64,000 nucleotides of DNA from Perkinsela sp. CCAP 1560/9 (taxonomy: Eukaryota; Protista; Euglenozoa: Kinetoplastea), in contig CBFFSA010000021.1 in the NCBI GenBank assembly GCA_965644495.1, positions 119,756 to 183,755 of the forward strand. The letters are read 5' to 3'. A program made the position numbers and the translations under genes. Positions 50,082-61,892 of the stretch are shown here, one piece after another. Every line of letters begins with the position of its first letter. The stretch's first letter is position 1. The notes under the pieces were generated by a model. It made no database searches and was not told the origin of the DNA. It worked only from the letters and a program-made list of their open reading frames with translations.

Positions 50082-51700
50082 TTAAATTAACTTAATGCGG
50101 TGTTCCCTACTGAAAAGAGTGGTTCCACAATTTTTATATTTTTGCAGAGCTTGCTGCAGCACAGCAAAGGTCGCTTGCTGCCGAAACTCAAATTCTTTTG
50201 TTTGTACCGCTTTCGAACGACTTCCTGAATCGGCAACGTTTTCTTCAGAGAGAAGATCAGCAATAATAAGATGCACACCAGAAACTTTCAGTTTTTGCAA
50301 TATTAGATTTACAATCTTGTCCACATTCTTGGACACCGAAAACCCCTTTTCGATGGACCAACCCACACAAGTGTTGTCGACGGCTCCTATGATTGTGATT
50401 GGTAGGGCAAATGAGAAACTTTTTTCAAAAGCTATTGCCTCAGCATGTTCGATCTGCAGCTCCTCCTCAAAAGCATCTCCCAAGTGATGTTGTATTGTTC
50501 CATCGTCTTGATAAATGCACGCAGACCACCGAGTCGGCGTTGCATCTGATGCAAAAAGTACCGAATCTTTGTTAACATGGGTTGCAAAGCTCAATCTATG
50601 TGACTACACTACACGTATCGTGGAGATCATCTCCAAGATCATCGCTAAAGGTTCCTCCAAATTTACTTCTTTTTTGTCCCATTCAGTAATCTGACCAAGG
50701 TCACTTTGAATTTTTGTGACTCAACAAGAGGACGGCAAACCGCAGAAATCCAAGAAATCGGGAGTAGACACGGGAGATTGCTTCTATTGGCGCCTGGGCA
50801 CTCACTTGCCACGCTTTGAGCAGCGAATTGTCAATCGACCAAGTAAGACCCAAAGGAGTTTGGCGAAGCGAGATACCGCAAAACGTAAATTCAGCTTTAT
50901 GTTTTTCCGCAGTGATGTACTTCAAGCTTAGTCTTGCCCTAAGCTCAAAATTACGGATCAGAATATCTTTCCAGCGCATTTGCAGATGGGACGAAACATA
51001 AAAGCATAGAGAGTCATATACCACAATAATTAAACCGCCATCCTGCAGCCGGAGACAGCCTTGCGCTTCAGTCCACTTGACGTCTTCTTCAGGTACGTAA
51101 AGCTCCCTGCGTTCCTCAGCAGTAAGATTAAGGAGGGCACCCCACACTAGGGCTTGGCAAATACCGCATGCCTTTTTGTAGCCCATTGGAAGAACGCATG
51201 ATTGTAGTATAGTGTCTCCGAACCGAATGCAACACCGACGGCGCAATTTTTCACGGATCGGTATTTGGTAGTGAGCGTTACGTATATCCAGGTGTACTGC
51301 GCGAAGGCGATGGCGAGCAACATCTGTTTCACGTAGCAACTCAAGAATGCCTCCAACACTCAGAAGAGAAAAGGATACTTCCTTCCTTTGGGATGCATCG
51401 TTCAGAGTTCGTAGGTCAATTATAGCTCTTGCGGAGGAAGCGTCCTTAACGACGCTAAAATAGTTTCCCAATAACCCCTCTTGCCCTTTAGGAAAGTTCA
51501 TGTATTGTGTGAGAACACCCACTTTCCATAGATATCTAATTGGGGTAGCCCACTTTTCGTTGTTACATCTACTGTATATAGTTTAGTTTGTAGCTCTTCG
51601 GGGGGCCCATCAGAAGGATGGACATAACATGAATCTACAGGATCTTCATTCAGAAGGCGGATAGCAGTGCCTACAACTGGCATATCAAGGACTGTTCGCT
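50082..51700 (-). mobile_element. Degenerate DIRS/VIPER/TATE-type retroelement remnant: RT (50701-51522) plus RNase H (50082-50594)
   Basis: RT motifs YFSVVK..ARAIIDLRTLN, LDIRNAHYQIPI, LPMGY and FTFCGI; RNase H motifs ASDAT, AEA.A, VDNT..KGFS and N.AD..SR; reading frame broken. Confidence 0.75.
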
Positions 51701-53061
51701 TGTAGTCAATTGATGAGACAATAAATTTACCGCGTCCAACATTGGCTAATTCCGAAAGCGGGGCATCGATGGATGCGCAATACTTCCTTTCCAGAGCACA
51801 CTTGTATTTTTACAAACTTTTTTCTCTAAGCTTCCATCGCTAGCTTCATCTTTTTCTTCTTCTATGCCCAGCTCATCAGTGCTTTCCACACCCATGAGAT
51901 GAATGAAATATGGCATGCGGTACGTTCAGTATAAGGTGCCGTATGAGAAACTCCTGTGTAAATCCTAAATTCGACTGATGAAATAAGAGTCTTAATCTTC
52001 TTTTCTTTTTTCTCTGGATAATGTGCTTTACCACTAAATCCTAGAAAAACATAGACGTAGAACATGGTCTGTAGAAATGTATAAATTATGCATGATTTGT
52101 TTTTGGAGAAATAGTAATAAAATTTATATGTAATAATATACACGTATGTATGTCACGTGTATGTCACGCGGTCGGTGTCGGGGGCGTTTTTCCAATTGCG
52201 ACCACCACACGGGTCATGCTCCACTTCCAAAATCACACGCGCAAACATTCCCTCCACGGCAATGCGCGAACGCAGGAGAACCACGTGCCGCAGCCCACCC
52301 GTCAATTCGCCCGCCTCTGCAGGAAAACTCCGAAGCTGTCGAAGTCTTTCTACAAAGGATGCCGACACTTTCGGGCAATCAACTGTACCAATGTCTGTCC
52401 GCGCCTGCCGAAGCAGTCGTCGGCAGACCGCTCCAAGAGACCTCTCATGACGGTCTCGAGCCTTTTCAATAATTCGATCCTCCTCTTTTTGTTGAGATCC
52501 GTGAGATATACTTTAGATATTTAATGGCCCATGCTACGTTACATATTATATTCACTCAAAATAATAGTTTCGCGTGTTTTCCGTTCCTTTATTTATTCAC
52601 ATGTTACCAGAGTTTGCGCACACACCTATCGAAATGTCTCCTACGCACTCTATACGCACGAAAAATAAAGGTAACCTGATAAATGAAAAGGGGAAACGAT
52701 CAAGATCCAAGGAGAAGCGTGAAAATGCGAATACGCACAACAACCAAAAAACACGAAAAACTGATGGAAAAAGGAGTACGAATACATATTCACCAGGATT
52801 AGCAGAGGTAACTTTAGCAAGAAAGCATCCACAAAGAAAGCGAGCTAATTGTGAAGAGGAGTGCAAGAGAACTCGAAAGGGGGGGAGCTCTTCTTCTAAA
52901 ACGTGATTTTGGAAGCCCAAAAGTTGAATGGAGTATCATTTTATTTATTTTGTTTATTTATTTATTTTTACTTTTATTTTATATTCAATAATGCGATTAA
53001 TTGGTCTGTTTCAGCAGTTGAAGAGGGGGTTGTGAGACGAAGGGTTGTTCATATATTTATA

Positions 53062-53442
53062 AACCCCCCACAGCGAAAAGTCACCCCCCTCTAACTTTTC
53101 AGCCAAGTGTCCGTTTGAGCTCATTTTTGTTGCATTTTGCTGTTCCCAACACAAAGACTATGCGCGTTATAGCATGAAACCAAGGCTCTCAAATGCGTGC
53201 ATCCGATAGATGGATTATCACTTTCTTCACATTTTTCAAGAGGCCAATTTCTCACACTTTAACAAATTATATCTTCTCCTCCCATGAGAATTCTAATTAT
53301 TTCTGTCCGTTTTTGCTGATTTTTGTTGCAAACGAGAGATCTCGTTCTCCTAGCAAAGATCTTTGCCGCTATTTTTTAATATTGACCCACTTGTGCCCCC
53401 TGGCCGCGGAGTGTTTGTTTTCCTAAATTATTGTGGTATGAC
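53062..53442 (+). mobile_element. Truncated left part of the MITE at 59454-60388
   Basis: Near-identical to 59454-59846 apart from a short duplication in the 59-kb copy; fused directly to Tc1 internal sequence at 53442. Confidence 0.9.
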
Positions 53443-54494
53443 AGCTGCGCCGCGAGGGCGTTGCTGATGTTGTTCCTCAGTCTATCCGAGTTTCGATGCA
53501 CCGCTTCGGACACAAAGGTAGAAAGCGTGTCCGCAAGCCCTACCTGTCCAAGCGCCATCGCAAGCTTCGGATGGACTTTGCCACGGCCCATGAGCACTGG
53601 ACAGTGCACGACTGGGCTCCAGTTGTATGGTCGGACGAGACGAAGATCTCGCGCTTTGAAACGGGGGGAAGTCTTTGGACATGGGGGACCCCGGGGGAGG
53701 AACTGGGTGAAAAAGGGGTAATTCCCACGGTAAAGTACGGAGGGGGGCACATCATGATTTGGGCGTGCATGTCCCGAAGCGGTGTGGGGCATGTGCGTCT
53801 AGTTCAAGGGAACCTGAACGCCACACAGTACGTCGAGATTCTTGAAGAGAATCTTGCCCCCTCCATCGAAACTATGGGTCTAGACCCCCCAATGGTCATC
53901 TTCCAACAAGATAATGACCCCAAGCACACAAGCCATTGTGCGCAACGGCACCTCCGGGGTACCGGGTTTGAAGTCATGCGGTGGCCCACGCAGTCCCCTG
54001 ACTTAAATCCAATCGAAAACGTTTGGGGGGAACTCAAGCGGCGCCTTGCAGCGCACGATGATCCACCAAGCGGGGTCCGAGAGTTGTGGGAGAGGGTAAA
54101 AATGGAATGGGCGAACATACCACCCTCAGTATGTCGTGCCCAGGTGGACAGTATGCCTGCCCGTATGAAGGCAGTGCTGAAGGCTCGTGGGGGGAATACT
54201 AAATACTAATTTTAGGGGCATAATCTCTCTTGGGCGATTACGTTTCATCTATTTTTTGGGACAAGATTTTCTCTATAATAGGTAGCAAAAAAACCTTTCG
54301 AATGCTAAACTTTTTTATATTCATTCTTATTTCTTTGGTAGAACGAACTGAGGTGAACTATCTACGGGTACTATTAGGTGACACTCATGCCTACACTACT
54401 AGCACACATTACCAGCGCAACGGTGATATTTAATCAATAGCTCTATACAAAAGAAAAAAAAACCGAAACATTCGAACGGTTTTTTTGCTGACTG
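53442..54494 (+). mobile_element. 5'-truncated Tc1 (DD34E) arm: transposase C-terminal part (ORF 53496-54209) plus terminus ending ACTG|TA
   Basis: WSDETK, FQQDNDPKH and SPDLNPIENVW motifs; nearly identical to 63241-64000 (offset 9799). Confidence 0.93.
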
Positions 54495-55575
54495 TATGCC
54501 GATGATATTGTGTTCTTTTCACCTGAAAGAAAGACGCTCCAAGAAATGTTAGTAGCCTTAACGAGAGTTGCAGAACGAGCTGGGCTTAAACTTAACATAG
54601 GTCCGTCAAAAACAGCTTGGATGGTAATCGGAGGACGATTGAACGTATGGACAAATGATACGATTACTCTAGGAAATTACGGCATTGTACCTAGGGCTGA
54701 CTCATATCGATATCTAGGCCACATGAAACACTCGCATAAGAATCGAGCCACTTTACAAGACCGTATACAATTAGCTTGGAGAGCATTTCATCGCTTAAAG
54801 CCGCTCTGGAGGGAACATTTAAGTGTAACGCTCCGCCTGAGAATATTTAATGCTCTTGTAACATCAGTTTTGTCGTACGGTTTAGCCTCTTTGGTTCCGA
54901 CAGGTGTAGAATTAAAGATACTTGACACAGAAGTCAATAAGATGCGCAGAATAGCGACAGGGACGCCGTTGTGGGATGGTTATAGCAAATACCAACATGT
55001 GCGCTGTATAGGGGAGAACCGAAAGTTTCAACGCTCCTGAGAGTCAACCGCGCTAAACTAGTTGGACACCTTTTGCGGCATGATTCCCCTATTGCGAATG
55101 TTGCATTATGGAACATAAGGGAAGAGGCACGCATACGCTCATTGACTGAAGCTTGTGCCCAGGATCTAGCAATAGATCCAATAGAAATGCACGAACGGGC
55201 ACTTGATCGATGTTCTTGGCGTAATCTTATTCAGAATTTGTACCAACGACTAGAACCTATCGCCTATTATAATCCTTTTGATTCAACTAAAAGAATAGCA
55301 GAAGTTGCAAAGATTTTGCAATCGAATCAAAACTCTCTGGAAAAATGGCACGCATTGCAGTTTCAAGAGGAGGGTGAGACACTTTGGCCCCATAACAACT
55401 TGCTTCATATATATTGTGATGGTTCAGTGAGAAAGCTTTCGAACAATATATTCGCAGGGGCATGTGCTGTAGCCTTCGAAGGAAACGAGATTCTAGCGAC
55501 TAACGACAAAACATTGGACTCTATTAACGCAACACCAATACGGGCAGAGCTTTCAGCTTTCTTATTGGCATACGG
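54495..55575 (+). mobile_element. LINE 3' half: RT from YADD onward, then RNase H (frameshifted, truncated)
   Basis: TAT GCC GAT GAT = YADD, GLKLNIGPSKT and YRYLG; RNase H IYCDGS..RAELSA. Confidence 0.85.
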
Positions 55576-56176
55576 TGACCGCCAGCCCTGCCGCCAGTCT
55601 TGTTGTAATTTATGCTGCTAACGAGCATGTTCCCCAACTGATCCGTTGGGTCCTCGATGCTTCAGAAGAAGCTGGATGAGTGGTGGTCGTGCTGGTGTTG
55701 GGGTCCTGATTGTCGCGTGAACTATTTTTTGGGAAATCTTTTGGAGGAATCTTTTTGGGGAGTGAAGAACACGGGTGCGAATTCGTCGTCGATGGTGCGT
55801 GTTCTGATGTGACTCGGTTCGCTTCTTTGGGATTCGGCGGTGATGATGCGTGTTCTGATCGAGATATGATTCGATTCGATTCGATTCTTGTATAGAAATC
55901 GGGGGCGGTGTCGTAGCGCTTTTGAAGCTAGAGAGTAGCTGGATCCCAGCGCGTGCGTCAGATTGCGTTGCATTATTTGCGAAGTAGATTTTCCTACGTC
56001 GAACGAGGTCTTTGGTCGATGCTACCAACGGATTTGTCTGTTGATGGGGCGGTGATGGGGCTTGAGCCGATTCTTGTGCGGGATTTGGCGGCAGTGATAC
56101 GCGTTCTGGCCGCGATGTTGTGACTTGATTGGATTCTTGCGTGGGATTTTGCGGCGGTGCGTGTTCTGGCCGCGGT

Positions 56177-56815
56177 GTTTTTTTTTTTTTTTTTGGTACA
56201 TGGAGAAAATCTTTGCCACAACCGCCTCGACCGCCACCCGGTGTCCAACCGGCAGGCCTTTCTTGGTCGAGTGAGCTGGCCACCTTCCAGTGGCAAGATG
56301 AATGGGTGTTTCCACCCACGCACCTCAGGGGAGACACCTCATTACAGGGTAGTGCGAGACTTGCATACCAGAGTTTTGTTGAATCTCGGATTGCGTCAGA
56401 GACTCTGGTAGCTCACTCGCTAAAAACTCCACTGCTCCGGATTGTTAGTCCAGGAGCGCTCCTAGCGTGGAGAAACGAAGGACCTAGCCTAGAAAAAAGG
56501 ATCTAGTCCCTTCGCCTCTCCGGGAGATGGGGAGGGATAAAACCTCAGCTAGCACCAATGCCGTTCCACCTCCACCGAGGGGGTAGGGTTAGCGCGCTCG
56601 CTAACAACACACATGCCTCGGCAACGGGATGCTACCCCGTCTACGCCCCGGAACGCGGTTAACGACGCCGCGAACAAGGGTTGAACAGGAATAGGAACGG
56701 ACACATTCCCTCCTGCCAGCTCGGAAACCCTTACGTCGGAAGGCTGGGGTCGCCACGCCCCATCACCGGCAACGTTCCAATGCCGGGCTCCTGACCTCAT
56801 CTTCCCCTTCTGACG
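56177..56815 (-). mobile_element. Non-coding GC-rich poly(A)-tailed retroposon-like element (RIME/SIDER-like architecture, tentative)
   Basis: A T run of about 16 nt on the + strand is a poly(A) tail on the minus strand; preceded by about 620 bp of hairpin-rich sequence with no convincing ORF. Confidence 0.4.
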
Positions 56816-56875
56816 CACCCAAAAGGATATGCCGTGGCAATGACGATCCAGTTAGGATAAACAAAAAGGGGTGTA

Positions 56876-57187
56876 TTGCCGCTTGCACGTGTTCTGGGCG
56901 TCCAGCAAAGCCCTGTTAGTGCTGTAGAAAGAAAACATCGGAAATACGTTGTAGAGAAAGGATTAGAACCAGAGTATTTTCGTTGCATCGCTTTAACGGA
57001 TTGTGGAATGTTACATGAAGATGCCAAGGTCTTGATCAAAGCCCTTGCAAAACGAGCGGATTCTGACCCAAAAGTTATACTTGAAGCTTTTCAATTGGAA
57101 AATGAAAAGTTTGCGGCTTACACTATCGTATCGCAATTGCGGAACCACATACAGGGAGAAAAATGGCTAGGTGGCATAAGCCTTTGA
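56876..57187 (+). mobile_element. C-terminal remnant of a restriction-like-endonuclease non-LTR retroelement (CRE-like)
   Basis: ERKHRKY..FRCIAL..G.LH..K.LI.ALA is paralogous to the end of 57858-58376. Confidence 0.6.
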
Positions 57188-57690
57188 AGCCAAATAATCT
57201 TCTAGTCTCCAAAGTCAAGTCTATCTCGTATTATTCAACATGGGCACAGATACAGGACCCAACAACAACATGGGCACAGATACAGGACACTAAACTCTGA
57301 GGGCTATTAAAAGGACAAAATTCCTTTTTGTTTAAGAAAGAAAGGTATTTTCTTTAGAAATAGATTTTTATATGAGGAAAATCCATATAAAAAGTGGGTA
57401 GGCTTCCGGTGGGCCTAGGAGGGTGCACACCAAAAAAAAATTATATCTACGTATAAATATACATCATCATCATACGATAATGAGAACTTGTGAAAGTAAT
57501 TGAAGCATTTATATGTAGAATAAGAAGTATGCATGCTGATCGAATTATTTATGATTAATTATGCAGTGTGATTTCAAAAGACCTTTCCATTCACGCTCTT
57601 CCTCAAAAACCCCCTTTTTGTTTAATACCCCCTTTATATACCCGTGTGGGATGCTAATCCCCACGTGGGACGTACGAAACCATGTAGTCC

Positions 57691-57857
57691 TTAAATAAAA
57701 AACCAAGCATCAAATAGCTCCTCATCAAACGATTCTTGCTTCTCTTTCTTTGCACCAGCCGTCGGGGAGTAAACATTAAATATACACGCCTTCATCTTTC
57801 CAATATGCATTGCTCCTTTCATAATGCGATCATTGATCTTTTCAACACCTTTCAAGC
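57691..57857 (-). mobile_element. LINE apurinic endonuclease (APE) fragment
   Basis: INDRIM..IFNVYSPT..KQESFDEEL matches the APE YAPT..FYEEL region. Confidence 0.65.
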
Positions 57858-58376
57858 TTGAAAGCTGGCATTCCTTGTGAGAAGGAACCGCGCCTATATT
57901 CAACGTATCGGTGCACGCAATGCAATGAAGTAGTCGGGCCAGAATACAGGCAGACACATAGTAAAGTGTGCGGAGGGAAATCTTTTCGGCGCTCTGGACC
58001 AGATCTCGTAATTTACTGGAATGATGGAGAAATATATTACGATTTCACCGTGGTACATGAATTAGCGCCTTCAAATTTGGGAACGAAATGCAATAAGCTA
58101 TTCCGGGACGCCATCAAACGAAAACACGATACTTATGTCGCAACAAATAAAATCGCGAAAGAAAAATTCAGATGTATTCCCATCCTCTATGGTGGATCCC
58201 TCCATTTCAATACGAAGTCGCTGTTAATGGCCCTCGCAGATGCGGGCAGCGTACCTCGACAGCAGCTTCAGCTTGAGCTACAACTTTTGCTACAGGAGCA
58301 AAATGGTGCCATACTATATTCACAACTTCGGAATTACCTTGAGAAGGACAAGGGGGCACTCCAGTTCGCTATATAA
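57858..58376 (+). mobile_element. Restriction-like endonuclease domain of a CRE/SLACS-type non-LTR retrotransposon (3' fragment)
   Basis: EPR, CxxC..H..C, GPDL..YYDFTVVH (PD..D) and K.K..Y. Confidence 0.7.
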
Positions 58377-58501
58377 AGAGTTTCTAAAGAGGGGAAGAGC
58401 TTCTAAAGCCTGCAGTCAGGATAGATTTTTCAGAACTTGAGATAGTAATTGGCGCATTTACATAACATATATACATGTATATATATACATGTATATATAT
58501 A

Positions 58502-59433
58502 AACCCCCGCTCACGAAAAGTGACCCCCCTCTTTTTTTTTGTACAAATGTCCGTTTGAGCTGATTTTTGTTGCATTTTGCAGATCTCAACACAAGGACTT
58601 TGCGCGTGAAGAAATGAGACAAAAAGAAACGAATACGCACAATTTAGAGAAGAATTACCATTTTGTCACTTTTTCGCCCTTCAATCTTATACACTCCTTA
58701 AGTCCAGAATCAAAACTTAATACTGTTTTGTCGATCACTTTTTGAGTTAAAGAAGATCATGCTTTACGTACACATCGGATAAGTGAAGGTTTGTCCGATG
58801 GCGTTTGTTCGTCTACCGCCTCTTGGACCATAGACCAGACGTTTTCTATGGGGGAAAGGTCGGGCGAGTTGGGGGGCCAGTTTCTTAGAACATCACTCAT
58901 TCGATTCTCAATATACTCTTTGGAGGCACGGGCAGTATGTGCCGTTGCTCTATCCTGTTGAAATACACTATTAGGGGGAAATCTACCTGTTTTAATGTTT
59001 CTATGTACGTCTCACTTGTAATAGATGTGTCATTGTAGATGTCTCACTTGTAATAGATGGTCACAGGACTCAAAGTGTATTCCTCACTAGATTTTTTTTC
59101 GTTCTGATATTTTTTGATTATCCTTCTAGAGACGTTAAAATCACGGGATAATTGTTTAATCGGAACACCTTCTGCCTGTCTCATCTTCAAAAGAACCTTA
59201 CCACAATCCGTAAGCCCCCTTTTGGGAGCCGATATGGTGATTTTGTCATTTTTGGAAAAAAAAGTTGAAAAACCAATTATGTTTTTGTGACTAAATTTTA
59301 AAATTTTAAAATCAGCTAAAAACAGCGGGAACGTATAGATCTCGAAATTTTGAACGAAACAGTGGTATGATAACCCACCCACGCCCCTCTGTGCTAAAAA
59401 TAAGGGGGGGTCACTTATTCGTGAGCGGAGGTT
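58502..59433 (-). mobile_element. Internally deleted Tc1-like (D35E spacing) transposon inserted in (TA)n
   Basis: TIRs AACCCCCGCTCACGAAAAGTGAC / GTCACTTATTCGTGAGCGGAGGTT; minus strand reads FQQDRATAH..WPPNSPDLSPIENVW (about 58835-58965) with a later in-frame stop; HTH-like remnant at 59100-59240. Confidence 0.85.
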
Positions 59434-59453
59434 TATATATATATATATATATA

Positions 59454-60388
59454 AACCCCCCACAGCGAAAAGTCACCCTCTAACTTTTCCCCCTCTAACT
59501 TTTCAGCCAAGTGTCCGTTTGAGCTCATTTTTGTTGCATTTTGCTGTTCCCAACACAAAGACTATGCGCGTTATAGCATGAAACCAAGGCTCTCAAATGC
59601 GTGCATCCGATAGATGGATTATCACTTTCTTCACATTTTTCAAGAGGCCAATTTCTCACACTTTAACAAATTATATCTTCTCCTCCCATGAGAATTCTAA
59701 TTATTTCTGTCCGTTTTTGCTGATTTTTGTTGCAAACGAGAGATCTCGTTCTCCTAGCAAAGATCTTTGCCGCTATTTTTTAATATTGACCCACTTGTGC
59801 CCCCTGGCCGCGGAGTGTTTGTTTTCCTAAATTATTGTGGTATGACGATGCAAAAAAATCAAACCTAAAAACAATTTTCTTCTTCAGTTTCTAAAATGAT
59901 CTAAAAATGGTGGGAACGTGTAGATCTCAGAATTTTGAACGAGAAAATGATATCTTGACCCCCTTAGGCCCCTTCAAGCAAAAAGTAAAGGGGACAGCTT
60001 AAAAAAGTTGATTTATCACCGTTTCAAGAAAGAACCAATCAAAGAGAAATATTCCACCACGTGACAAATTGAATGTTTGTTATCTGTTTTTGATCATTTT
60101 TGTTGCAATCGAGAGAACTCGTTCCCCTAGCGAAGATCTGTGACACCATTTTCATGTTGACCCCCTTCCCCCCCTGGTCGAGGAACATGGGATTTTTTGG
60201 GTAATATTGGCATGACTATGTAAAAACGTCATTAAAAAAATGAGTTTTAATTTGTTATCTGTGAAGAGGTCTAAAAACAGCGGGAACGTGCAGATCTCAA
60301 AATTTTGAACGAAAAAGTGGTGCCGCAACCCCCCTAAGCCTCGTTGTACAAAAAAAAGAAGGAGGTGACTTATTCGCTGCGGGGGGTT
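59454..60388. mobile_element. Non-coding MITE of the same family as 58502-59433, with an internal diverged duplication of about 370 bp
   Basis: TIRs AACCCCCCACAGCGAAAAGTCAC / GTGACTTATTCGCTGCGGGGGGTT; flanked by (TA)n; shares subterminal blocks GTCCGTTTGAGCT.ATTTTTGTTGC and GGGAACGT..AGATCTC. Confidence 0.85.
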
Positions 60389-60869
60389 TATATATATATT
60401 TATAAATTGTATTTATACGTTATTATTTGTTTTAGTTGTGTTTCGCCAGCAGATAAGGTGGCCAAGTGTATGGGAGGTGAGTTGGAGGACATTTTCGCCC
60501 CTATAGGGCCATTCTCATAAGAAAGTAATGAGGATGCACGAGTTCTTGGCTGCAGATGGACTCTTTGCGCGTAAATTTTATGTGAGTTTACATGGAGAAG
60601 TGTTTATGTTTATGGTGTAAATTGTAAACCCCCCAGCTGATACATATGTATCAGTGTCTTTGTTGTTGTTGTGTTGTATGGTGGGTAGCGTATGAACGGG
60701 TACCCGAGAAGCTGTTTCCGTTCCCCCCCGAAGACGATAGGGTAGTGGTCTGCGGAGGACGTGTCAAAGTTCCAAGGAAGAAGCAGTCTGAGAGGAAGCG
60801 TCGGTATTTCTTTCGGAAAGATGCTGAGCGTGGCAACCTCAGCCAAGAGATTCAAAGCAATTCCAATGC

Positions 60870-61609
60870 CAGGAACAAGAGTTTGACGATTATGTCACTA
60901 AATGTAACAACACTTGACCTTAAAGGGGGTGACAATGACCGAAAACAGTGCTTCTTCAGCAGCAATTTTGCATCTCATTAATGAGGTGTACTCCTCTGGT
61001 CAAATTCCACTCTCTTAGCAGGAAATTCTACACATTTCGATTCCTAAAAAGGGCGACCTTTCAAGTCTTACGAACTGGCAAGCAATCTGTCTCACGAATC
61101 ACATCGTAAAAATAATGAATAACATGATACTGAATCGCATACAAGCGATTATTGAACCAAAACTGAGGAACAACCAATTTGGTTTCCGGCCACTGCGTTC
61201 CACGGTTGGTGCCCAGGCGATCCTAACTGAGATTATTCAAAAAGCATTAAGGGGACCACAAGGCATTTTTCTTGGGTTCGTAGACTTTAAAGGGGCCTTT
61301 CCATCCATATCTCACGGGGCTATTGCAGAATGCTTGACAGCATTTTCAATCCCGCCTATGTTAAATCGAATGATTTTGGCGACAAACGAATCTCCGACAG
61401 GGTATGTGAAAACACAATTTGGCAAAACAGAAAACTTTGAAATCGCATCTGGGGTTCTCCAAGGTGATGTTTTGGCACCTTTATTTTCGTAATGTGTCTC
61501 GACAAGATTTTAGAGTTGGCCATGCAAATCCAATTTTCGGGTTAACTCTTTTTCGTTCGGGAACAAAAAGCCGTGGAGTTCAACAGTTAAGAATAACGGA
61601 CGTGGATTA
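60870..61609 (+). mobile_element. LINE 5' half: APE start (LTIMSLNVTTL) fused by deletion to the RT, up to ITDVD-Y
   Basis: IPKKGD..NW..ICL, NQFGFRP.RST, FVDFKGAF and GVLQGDVLAP; contains a stop and a frameshift; interrupted at TA 61608-61609. Confidence 0.85.
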
Positions 61610-61892
61610 CAGTCAGCAAAAAAACCGTTCGAATGTTTCGGTTTTTTTTTCTTTTGTATAGAGCTATTGATTAAATATCACCGTTGCGCTGGTAATGTGT
61701 GCTAGTAGTGTAGGCATGAGTGTCACCTAATAGTACCCGTAGATAGTTCATCTCAGTTCGTTCTACCAAAGAAATAAGAATGAATATAAAAAAGTTTAGC
61801 ATTCGAAAGGTTTTTTTGCTACCTATTATAGAGAAAATCTTGTCCCAAAAAATAGATGAAACGTAATCGCCCAAGAGAGATTATGCCCTAAA

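Noticed and set aside
52146-52920. Overlapping ORFs of about 100 aa on both strands
   Set aside because: No recognisable domain; possibly element debris, but unsupported.
55618-56337. 239-aa minus-strand ORF
   Set aside because: It reads through a poly(A) run and degenerate repeats across an element junction; unlikely to be a gene.
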